DNA of 39,413 nt from the NCBI GenBank assembly GCA_003344405.1, contig NOWV01000176.1:124001-163413 (forward strand), read 5' to 3'. Position 1 is the stretch's first letter. Each line of letters begins with the position of its first letter. Source of the stretch: Trichoplax sp. H2 (Eukaryota). A program made the position numbers and the translations under genes. The notes below the pieces were generated by a model. That model did not search any database and had not been told where the DNA came from. It worked only from the letters and a program-made list of their open reading frames with translations. This document shows positions 27,294 through 37,939 of this stretch, in pieces.

Positions 27294-28125
27294 GTCATTA
27301 GGATAGTTTAAAAAGTACAGTAGTAGCTAGTATGGAGAATATCCATATTTGTAGTGCTAGGTAAGATAAGTAATGCCTTAACGTGGATGTTGTTTGTGAT
27401 AGTTCAATACATATTTGATATTGATTGTTATTGTGTGATAGATAGCAAGCAGTAAGATGATTCAAGTTCTAGTTGATGATATTTGAATTGGACAACCTAC
27501 GAGCATAGATTAAGATTAAGTATGAGTAAGAGATTCAAAATATTTACCGATAGAAAAGCTACGTAAGGAACATCTCAGTTCGAGATGTTTCTCCTAGTAA
27601 GGTATAATAATAATACTGTTGTTGTTTACAAACTAGACGGTTCCTATATAAACGGGAATATTTGAGTTGAAAGGGGTGGTAAAAAGTTGTAGATGTATCT
27701 TTGCTAATAAAAGTTTTATCTTTACAGTATTTTACTGTGTGTATTTAACGTTAAGTAAAAGGGCGTTTAAGTCAGTAGCTACTTATAGACTTTTACTGTA
27801 CGTTACCTTGTCGCAGAAGTGAAATTGTGACATGTACATATCTAAATTATTCTATTGATTCTAGTCCAGACTAACATGTTATACGCCAAGTCGCTTATAC
27901 GTAATTATATGTCGTAATTGCATAACTTAGAGTTTTTATGAGGTACAACTTGACCTTAGAATTATTCATCACCGTATTTATTCTTAAGATTATTAACAAA
28001 TGTGATACAATCGATTTAAATTAGGTCGAGATGGTTAATGTGCAATAATTTACGTACATATCTAAATTACTGTAATGATTCTAGCCCAGCTAGGATATTA
28101 CATGCAAAGTACCGGTAGCATATAT
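27106..28125. repeat. Diverged tandem repeat of about 220 bp, first unit split by the solo LTR
   Basis: 27190-27276 resembles 27970-28057 (caatcgattt.aattaggtcgag). 27833-27890 resembles 28053-28110 (gtacatatctaaatta..gattctag). Confidence 0.7.
27277..27832 (+). mobile_element. Solo LTR (556 bp) with perfect 5-bp target-site duplication
   Basis: Termini TGTTAC...GTGACA with TSD TGTAC at 27272-27276 and 27833-27837. TATATAAA lies at about 27645 and AATAAA at about 27706. The neighbouring repeat unit shows the empty site (taattta.gtacatatctaaatta at about 28045-28070). Confidence 0.9.
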
Positions 28126-29079
28126 ACAATTATAGAGTAAACGCGTATCTTAGGATTACTTTTTGACTTCATAATACGATCCAGCGCAATCATCATGAAC
28201 ACTAGGAGACATGCAAATATAGTGTGCGTTTAAACTGCCTGTTATGCTGCAGATGTTAATCAGGTACTTTACTTTTAAGTTTATGAAATCATTCTGCAGC
28301 TCTCATGTTACGATGGTAGTGAATAGGTTCTATAACCCCTTCGGTTTGCAATTACGAACTCGGAAATTAGAGTTATTAGAGTTGAGCAAATTCCTAACGT
28401 GACTCAGCACTACCGCACCTCATTTACTATTGTAATTAGCTGGAACTACTACAAAGACCCATGAATATATTAGTCCTGTACATTACGGTCCTTCAATAAT
28501 TCTTTTTCTAGAATCAGAAGTTAGTCAGATGATACTTGGTAACAATACACGAATATACTTAAAGTATACCTTCACGGACACTTAACTACTGTACATAGGC
28601 TTCTGAAGTAATCTTTATGTAAATAAGAGAACTATCGTAACAAAATAATGCCTCTACCCCCAAAAATCACTACTTGCAGGTTTGCAAGTGAATTTCCTTC
28701 TATAAAGTCTAGATAATTAATATATAATTATCTAAGTGTTGAGGAGAACTAGGCGTAGCATAACTACTATTAGATAGCGTTAAAGAAATTTAGCTAAAAC
28801 AAGATTAGCTATAATGTTATTCATATTCGTGTAGATAGCTACTTACATACATCATGTCATCGAAATTATACTAATGCTGTTTATGTGTAGCTAAACTATA
28901 AGTTAGCTGGTACTTTAATTGCATTGGAGAATCATAGCTCAGTTTGAGTATAGACTTGCGATTGGAGTATTCTACTGATGACCGGGTTTGTTGGTAATCA
29001 GAGTAATATAGTAGGATAGATGCTGATAACATTACTTTGGGCAATAAACACCTTACTTTGCTCAAACCCTATTCCAAGA

Positions 29080-29640
29080 TAACTAAAATACTAGCACTTG
29101 AATTTTAGACAATAAATGAATGTTAGTAATTTATGAAGAGTTAACCTCCGATCTTATAGCAGCTTTGAGTGGATCAGGATTAATTATAACACCTATCAAT
29201 CAAGAAAGTATGCTTTTAACGTAAATTATTTATTAAGGCAAATACAATAACCATATATGCGCAGACATGCTGAAAGTAACTGGCTTTCCAAATAAAAAAG
29301 TTGCAAACTAAGGATACTACGGCTACTCCGGTGAAATATAATAACAAGATAAAGGCATCGAAATATTCTTAACTAGGCAACCCATATTATTCTGAAATGT
29401 GTATGAAACTGTAATCTACATCTATGCAGGCTTTTCACTAATGTTAACTCAAGTCGTAGTTTCTTGTATGAATACGGCAGATCATCAATCAATAGACATT
29501 GATAGATAACATCTGTAGCTATATGAGGTATGAAATAAGGTAAAACTGACAGATACATTCAGTGATCACTTATTATTAAGCACCATACATGTATATAGAG
29601 GTCTAAATAATGCAAAGATATACTTATGCTTAGAAGCTTG
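29080..29640 (-). pseudogene. Decayed BTB-BACK gene copy K7 immediately downstream of gene C
   Basis: KHKYIFALFRPLYTCMV matches the BTB motif HK.VLA..SPYF.AMF (29581-29631). It is followed by YSYRCYLSMSID, SYFQHV and BACK-like HSKLL*DRRLTLHKLLTFI (about 29115-29172). Confidence 0.55.
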
Positions 29641-29706
29641 CTATAAATTTTAAGAAATGGAAAATTGATTCCTGGATTAGCCAGTAAACGAAATAACTGA
29701 ATCCTA

Positions 29707-32700
29707 TTAAGCTTTAACGTTTTGCGCCATCTTTAAATATCTTGTTGCCCTCCCTCTTTCACACAATAGAGCAATAATAAAACCTGCTAAGATAAATATA
29801 AGCACTCCACCGGATGCTAGAGCTGCCAAAAGAACGATCCTAGAAACTCCATGAATACTTCGACATCGGATAGTATCGGGCGTGGAGGTACAGAGATGGT
29901 GATATATAGGGCTATAAATATTTGAAAGAAATTAGTAAAAGACATTAGCTATTCATTTTCACCTAAATTAGTCATAAAGTGAAACGTGTTATCGTGTAAT
30001 AGTTATCCTGGTTTCCTCTTTAGACTATCACAAACTATTCTTTTTGATAAGTAAGGTAAAAATTAAAACGAAATGTAAATATAATAATTAACCCTGGATT
30101 ATCAGCACAGGTCCAAGCGAAGTTGTACTGTTCTATCAGACTCTGCAATTCTTTTATTGAACCTGAACCACACCTCTCCCTGACGTTTTATAATAATATA
30201 TGATTAGTCAGTTTATGAGCATGAAAAGAAAAATTAGTTTTCATCCAGAACTTCCCAAAAATATAAACCAGATGTATTTCTCTTACTTTGGATTATCTTT
30301 ACCGTCGATGCCATGAACAACAATAATCTCTATTTTATTTACTTTATCATGTGGGAGATTGGGCAATTCAAATTTGGCGAAGAAGCTTCATAAACAAGAA
30401 TGTAATAGAAATGAAACTTTGATACCATTATGCGCTTAACAATCAACTAAATTCATGAAAATAGAAATTGTAAAAAAATCGCCCATAAAATATAAATTAC
30501 CTATCTGATGCGAAAGCCGGATCACGGCCTGCATTTAGTATCACTTGAACAGACCCACTGGCACTTTTAGCAAACTTATTATTGGATTAATTAATAGACA
30601 AATTAAATTAGTAATTGTCTAATACTACATTAGAAATGATTTAACAGGTGTAATCTCTGATCTTACTGCCATATAATTTCCAAGATAAAGAACCAAAATG
30701 AAATATTTTTACTAAAGTATTCTTTTAAATATATACTCGTACACCTATATATGATCTGATTAAAATCCGATCCCTGCGTACACCTATATATATATATAAT
30801 ATGGACAGTCTAAGTACGGAATGAAGGCACTTATCATCAATAGCACGGACACTAATTATAATTATCTATTAACATAACGACTAAAGGTGTTATTTTAGAT
30901 TTTAAGTTAAAGATTAAAACAGATTGTAACTATTTTTTTAATTAAATTAATGCGTATGCCGCAAACAGATGACTTAAATTTGTTATGCAGAACTTTACAA
31001 AAGAGCCGCATGTGGTTACAGTTTTACGTACAATGAAAATTAACAGAATACAACATGGAAAAATACAGTTTTGTCTAAGCTGACGTTTTATAAATGATAC
31101 GTAAGTATTATACTAAATTGCAAAACAATTACCAATCATAAAAGAAAAAAAATTATAGGTAATAACACACAAGCAAACTACTTTTATAGTTGTGAATATA
31201 TCCCTACCCAAGTCGACATTTTTGCCCAGAAATCGTATGTATTATTCTTATTACATCCTTGTGGATCTGAGCAAGTTTCATAGTTGATACCAGGAGATTT
31301 TTCTTGGCCACACCATGTTAAGCTATTGACTAAATATCTATGATTTACCAGAAAACAATGATGATTCGATTTCGTCAAGTAACAAATTTAATTGTTTGTT
31401 TCGGCGTAATTTTTAAGTATAAATTCGCCTTTAAATACGGATTTAATCAAATAAGCGTCATGATCTCATTATAATTGAAAATTTTACACGTATCGACTAA
31501 AATTTAGCTCACCAAAGAAACTAGTTGTAGCTCTTCTATATAAATGATTATGCCAGCCACTTACCCCGGTAAAACATCCTCGAGTGTATATAAATTCCCA
31601 ACAGTTTTTACGTAACTATGTGTGAAATCATATGTTCCGGACCAGAATACTGACTTTACGATTTAAAATAAAAAGGAAAAAGATCAATTATATCAGGGAA
31701 AAGATTCAAGTGTTGAATATCATAATTGTTTGCAAATACTAGAATATAGCCAATCTTATTAATAGCCCAAGAACTGCATGTTTAATAATGCACTTGGGTA
31801 AAGGTAAGATGTCAGTATTTATGTTTGCATTTATATAAGGGAAACTAAATGTCTGCACATCTCTGCTAGTCTATTACCCATACATGCATACCTATAACAT
31901 GATATAATTCCTAGATAGCTAAAAGTACGTTATTTTAGCCGATATCATTTTTCCTACTAATATTTTTACGTATCTTCTTGGATTGTATTAATAACAATGT
32001 CGATAGCTATCATTGACCTCTTCACTGTTTGATTAGCTGTATAAAATAATTAAACGCTGTTTGATTAGCTATGTCAAATACTTAACCTATCGTTCATTTA
32101 TGATTTCATCATATCGATTTTAGCGAGAGATGAAGACGATATAGTGCATATAAAAGTAATCAAAGCGCTTAGTACTAGTATTAATCGATAGCTACGATGT
32201 CTGATGAACTGTGTAAATTACTTAGACTATCATCTATTTTTGATTTTATTATTTTATCTAATTTTTTGCAAAAGGTGAGCATGATACGTAGCACACAAAA
32301 GTAATCAAGCAGTAATGTTAATTAATAGCTATTTAATGAAAAGGAATACTGAATGTATCATTCATTTTTGGTTTTATCACTTTATCTAAATTTAAGCGAA
32401 GGATAAAGACGAAGTAGCGCGTATAAAGCAATCAAGTTATTCGCTATTAAGCATTAGCTGATATGAGTATCTTACGCCATCTTGAGGAATTGGCACAGAT
32501 GATTTCTCTATGAATTTATCGTAGCCAGCCGTTTGTACTTTGCAAGGATCTAAATTAGCGAAAACGCTAGAAAATGTCATCCATAATTCATGGCAATCGA
32601 CCTCATGCTCCATAGTATGTGATGCTTGATAATCTGAACAGCGTCCAATGAAGATTTGATCAATCCTAGGTGTTGTACCAGCATCATCACTTAGTCCATA

Positions 32701-32775
32701 AAATGGATATCGATAATGGGACAGTCCAACTTGGCTATAGGCAAAAATCAAGCAGATATAGAGAAGAATTTTCAT
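29707..32775 (-). CDS. CD38-like: ADP-ribosyl cyclase (CD38/BST1 family) paralogue C, 327 aa, signal peptide + catalytic domain + TM + tail
   Basis: Exons 32476-32775, 31565-31653, 31208-31337, 30501-30574, 30287-30385, 30093-30179 and 29707-29911 total 984 nt, GT-AG. Motifs: GTT..IFIGRC, SVFWSG, TLEDV, LTWCG, FWAKMS, FAKSASG, SFFAKFELPNL, ERCGSGSIKEL, WTCADNP. TM segment IVLLAALASGGVLIFILAGFIIALLC, tail ERGRATRYLKMAQNVKA. Confidence 0.94.
32088..32436. repeat. Diverged tandem repeat, about 135-bp unit, 3 copies, intron 1 of gene C
   Basis: Units tatc.ttcattt.tg.ttt.at..gatgaagacgat..agtaatcaag near 32088, 32229 and 32357. Confidence 0.7.
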
Positions 32776-32867
32776 CTTGATTCAATAAAAAGATTAATTG
32801 TGTTTAGCAAGATGTCTTTGGTAGATAGCAGGCCGTGAAAGTGATGAATTGTAAACTCAAAATTCTG

Positions 32868-32875
32868 CTTTTATA
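32868..32875 (-). promoter_or_regulatory. TATA box of gene C
   Basis: Consensus TATAAAAG on the minus strand about 95 bp upstream of the ATG, with an Inr-like TCATCACTT about 30 bp downstream of it. Confidence 0.55.
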
Positions 32876-34109
32876 GTATGCTTTTGCATTTGCATAATAA
32901 ATAAGAGGAGCCTTTATAAAAAGTACAATAGTCCAGATGTATAAACTAATTAGTCGAAATAATAGTTTTTAACTCGTCGGATTTATTGGCTAACGCTAAA
33001 ATATATTAAAACACTACCGATATTTAATTTAAATCGCTTTTAGGGTTAATTAAATAATTGATTTCACACCATGCCCTAGGGCTTAATTTTATTAAACTTG
33101 ATATATTGATTTTTTTGCTATTTCCATTAATTATAATCGAACAATTGCTATTGTTATTCTTGATATGGTAGCGATAGCCGTGAAAATTTTGCTAAGAAAA
33201 AATTTAGCTACACTACAATATTGAGAGATCATTCCAGCTTCAATGCAATAGTATATGATAAGGATTAACTTATGATCTCCTCTCCGTTCACAAATTGTCA
33301 GCTATATCAATACATATTCGTTGCTAAAGTTTAATATTTGAATCCATTAGTCTTCGATGATTCAGCTCTGCATGAGATATTATTTTTTATCTGGTGAGAA
33401 TTTATATTGATTTGAATTGGATCACGAGATGAATGGTCTCGCAGTAATTCATATAACTTATAAAAAATTATTATAGTATAAAGAATATGGTGTATAAAAA
33501 GATGAGAATTTTAGATTACGATTTTAAGGTCTTTTTGGAATCTTAAGTAAAACTTGCTTTGATAAGATTGTAGTTAGATCTTCTGTATGCATTTAGAATA
33601 GTAATTATTCCAAGAGTCAAGATAATCTCCGTCCCTTTTTTGTAAATTTTTGTTTTTTTTAGATTACCCAACCTTGATTGCATTTAGATAAATAATTAAT
33701 TCGCTGAGTAAAGGAAAGCAACTAAGCGATTTATTTCGTTATTAGGATTGATAAAATGAATTTGTCAGTAGACGCTAGCGTTAGCCGTTCCAAATTCTCA
33801 TAAATTAGCAAATTTTAATCTATACTATCAGAGATACTAGAAAACTTTTAATACTTTTCAGCCATAGTGTATCGATGAGTGGACTAATCCTATATTGTAA
33901 AGGCTTGAGCTTAGCATGCTGTTTTGCAAGGTTTGCGTATTTGCAATTTTGTGGCATTTTATGAAGAACTACCGTATTATAGCGTCACTTGTATATTACT
34001 GTAGTTGGCTCAATGGCCTACTTTTAAGTTACCTAACTGTAATGATATTCCCCAACAGATATCTATTAGAAATAATTACTTATTGACTTTAGCTAGATGA
34101 ACAATTACA

Positions 34110-34845
34110 TTTATAATAATAGAGGTTAACAGCTGCCATAGGTAAACTGTGAACTTATTCAGAACAATTACAATTATAATTGCGATGGAGGGTTCGATAT
34201 CTCGGAGGATTGAGATTTAGTTACCATTTATAATTAGTACACCAAAAGTTGAATAAAAGCTATACTTTATTTTAAGTAGTAAAGTAAGTACAGCGAGGTA
34301 GTTACGGTAGACCAGCGTGCAAGCTGCCGTGAGTAACGTGTGAAGATTAAGCAGGAAACGAACGATTTCTGAGGTGGAAAACGGCGGTATTTATAGTTTA
34401 AAGATAGAGCACATGCAGAGAATAGAATTGTAGAATTAGATACAACATATACCCTAACAGGTTACAACATAGCTGATGATTGTAGCAAACAGCGAGTAAT
34501 ATAATAACTAAATACAGTAGCCTATATATGAATGTGAAGTAAGCGGACTGTAGATATGTTTAAATATAAGAGCAATATAACATATCTATATTTAAGAGTA
34601 GGATATAGTTACAGTATATTCTAAATACACTAAAATAATAATAGAGGCTAACAGCTGCCATAGATAAACTGCGAACTTATTTAGAGAAAGGCATGGGACA
34701 GTTGGTAGTGCAGCTTAAGTAATAGCTTACTATATCTTACTAACAGCGATTAATAGCTGCCATACATAAACCGTATACTTATGTAGAGAAAGGTATAGGA
34801 CAGCTGATAGTGTTGCTTAACTAATAGCTTTCTATACCTTATTAA
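34110..34845. repeat. Three diverged copies of an approximately 100-bp unit, the first separated by an LTR-like insertion
   Basis: taa(c/t)agctgccata..taaac.g..acttat at about 34127, 34649 and 34751. Confidence 0.65.
34181..34469 (-). mobile_element. Putative solo LTR (different family)
   Basis: The minus strand starts TGTTGTAACC, contains CTATAAATA then AATAAA, and ends ..TCGCA. It is GC-richer than its flanks. No clean TSD was found. Confidence 0.4.
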
Positions 34846-35529
34846 TGTTTTTAAGAAAGTTTTAAAATTATACTCGGTCAAGGTTAGTTCATTTTTAAAC
34901 AGGATATCACAGACCTTTTAATATCGAGTAACCAATATACAAACGTGTATGTCCTGTCTTAAATTCATTCTCTTAGTTTTGGTTAGCATATCATTCAATC
35001 GAAGGATAAATATCCTTTATTCTGTGCTTATTTTTTTCTAACCTTTTCTGTAAACAAAGATGCAAAATTACTGGTTAATTATTTTGGGCATTCTAATTCC
35101 ATCTCTCCTGCATCTACTAAGCGTTGGAAGACATAGCGTCTGTTCATGATGATCGAAATAGAGTGACTTTGTGTACAAAACTACTGATCATTTTATTTAT
35201 GGTAGTTAGATTCCATTTTTCGTACGTATACTAAACATTAAAAGATACAAACGTCTATTCAAGGAGATCGCATTTTATTTAACTCTATTTCTCAACTTCT
35301 GTTACAGTGACTATCTTCTATGCTTAATTCATGTAATAAGATCATTATTATTTGAGACATGAAACACTCTATTTAAACTGAATCACTGCTAACTTTAAAT
35401 TAAATAGGATTCCTTTTTACACCACGCTAATTAAACATAAAAGAATTCATATAACCAAAGGAATAGAATCAGTAAGCCATTACCTATTGTTTATGCTAAT
35501 TATTCAGCTCTTTCAATAACTATTGGAAT

Positions 35530-35680
35530 GATTAGTAATACTATTGCTAATTAATTACGTCGTATTAAATGCCTTGCCAAGACAATAAATTGAAATCAGT
35601 GGGTACAGTAAAGATAACTCTGTCTAGATGATTTTCCAGTAATTCTATAAATGTGACGAGCATCTGTAAAATATTGATGA
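35530..35680 (-). pseudogene. Possible BACK-domain remnant K8
   Basis: MLVTFIELLENHLDRVIFTVPTDFNLLSWQGI*YDVIN resembles the BACK pattern L.ELL..D.L.V..E..VF..L.W..HD. Confidence 0.3.
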
Positions 35681-35884
35681 CATGCATTAATTTAAAATTA
35701 ATTTGTGCTATTATTTCATATTTCCATTATCTACTGCATTATTTAGTAACTAATTAACGCTAAATAACAATTTAGACAAATCGACAGTTACGATAAATCT
35801 CTTGATTAGATACAATATGGCTTTGTCTTATTGATTTAACTTTAGGAAACTATAATAAATGGGCAGTCAAGAAGTCTGATTGTT

Positions 35885-37694
35885 CAAATTTATAAATTGA
35901 TGCCAATTCCTTATACTGTAATAGAATTAGAATGATTCTTTAGAATCGTTTAAAATCAACTATTGCATGAAACGGTATTTAATTCGATACTTGGGGCTTA
36001 AGCTACATTAGAAACAACATAAAACGCTTTTTGCGAGATATTTTATTCCATTATATTGTGGAAATGATGCCACCCAGCATTATGTTATTTAATTTAATGG
36101 AATGGTTGTCCAAAACAGTTCAAATCAATAATTGAATGAAATCTAATTTCATATCTTGTACTTAAGCTAAAGTAGTACCAACATAAGACGCCTTTTCAAT
36201 TTGCACTTATTTCAAATCGATAAATTTATGCCACGATTCCATACTTTAGTTGAATTAGAATATTCGTTCTGAAAAATTAAAACCAACATTTACAAAGAAC
36301 TTTTTTTAATTTGATACTTGGGAGCTTAAGCTACTTTAGCACCAACATAAATAGCTTTTTCCGAGACATTTTATTCCACTTCATTGAGGAAGCGGGGCTA
36401 TCAAGCATCATGCTACTTAATTTAATGGAATGGTCGCTCAAAATAGTTCAAATCAACAATTTAATGGAATTCAATGCGATACCTGGTACTTAAGCTACTC
36501 ATGAGTACCAACATAAGACACCTTTCCAATATACCATCTTTTCGAACGGATAGATTCATGATATCGTTCTATACTTCAGTTGAATTAGAATAATTGTTCA
36601 AAACAGTTACAATCATCTATTGCATAAAATTGTATTTCGTTCGATGCCTGAAGCTTAAGCTACATTAGTACCGACATAAAATGTTTTTTTTGAGACAAAC
36701 AATTCTATTATATTAAGAAAGTGATGCTAACAAGCACCAAGCTATTTAATTCGATTGGATGCTTGTCTAAAATAGTTCAAATCAGCGATTGAATGAAATC
36801 TAATTTGATATCTGGTGCTAAGCTACAGTAGTACTAACATAAATCGCCTTTCCAATATCCAATTATTTTGAACTTATAGATTTATGCTACCTTTCTAGAC
36901 TTAAGTTGAACTAGAATAATTGGTCAGAATAATAAAAATCAGCTATTTCACGAAATTATACTTAATTCGATACCTGAGGCTTAAGCTACATCAGTACCAA
37001 TATAGAACATTTCCCCAAGACATCCTATTCTGCTACGTATAGGAATTGATGTTCCTAGCACTATGCAACTTAATTCTATTTAAAATTGATAGACTCATGC
37101 CACCATTCTATACTGCAATTGAATTAGAACGATTGTTTAAACGATTAAAATCAACTATTGCATAAAACAGTGTTTAACTCGATAACTGGGGATTAAGCTG
37201 CATAAGTATCGATATAAAACACATTTCCAGAGACATTCTATTCTGCTATGTTGGGGAAATGATATTATCCCATGCTACATTAATCATATTTAGGATTGAT
37301 AGATTCATGATACTATTCTATATTTCAGTCGAATTAGAATGATTGTTTAGAGCAGTTAAAATCAATTATGGCGTGAAATGGCATTTCATTTGATGCCTGG
37401 GGCTTAAGCTACATTAGTACCAAGGTAAATCGCTTTTTCAGACGTTCTATTTTGCTAGGTTGAAGAATGGACGATAGCACCATGCTACTTAATTAAATAG
37501 AATGGTTGTCTAAAATAGTTAAAGTCAACTATGGAATGAAATAAATTTTTTTTGCAATAGTTGAATTTAAACCACACGGTGCTGATTAATCATAAATTCT
37601 AATTCAGCTGCATTATAGAATGGTATCACGAATCTATCAATTCGAAATAGTCGGATATTGAAAGGCGTTTTTATGTCGATACTACGTAGCTTAA
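35885..37694. repeat. Higher-order tandem repeat (about 164-bp A/B monomers, about 328-bp dimer, then about 212-bp hybrids) with a terminal inverted unit
   Basis: The (c)ttaagctac anchor recurs near 35997, 36161, 36325, 36489, 36654, 36818, 36980, 37192 and 37403. 37551-37694 is a reverse-complement copy of a B monomer. Confidence 0.9.
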
Positions 37695-37939
37695 ATTACA
37701 TTGATAAATTATTTTTCATAAGATTTATAGCAATTTTGTTTTCGCTAACTTATTAGCAGCTATTTCTAATCCTTCACCTTTACTGCGAATTGTAAACTAG
37801 ACTATCTGGCTGTGTGGTAATTGGAATCAATTTTATGACATTGATTGAATGATCACAGCAGCTTTCCGCAGCAAATATCTTACCTGGACAATTAATTAAT
37901 GGTTACCGGTGCCATTTCAACACCGATAGTATTCTGTTG

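Noticed and set aside
30738-30791. Direct repeat CGTACACCTATATAT flanking about 24 bp in gene C intron 3
   Set aside because: It is too short to call an element and is probably a local micro-duplication beside an (AT)n run.
4154-36493. Short plus-strand ORFs (4154, 4671, 8938, 10813, 12031, 18022, 24093, 26725, 36311)
   Set aside because: They have no recognisable domains and lie in repeats, LTR sequence, introns or antisense to minus-strand remnants. ORFs of this length are expected by chance.
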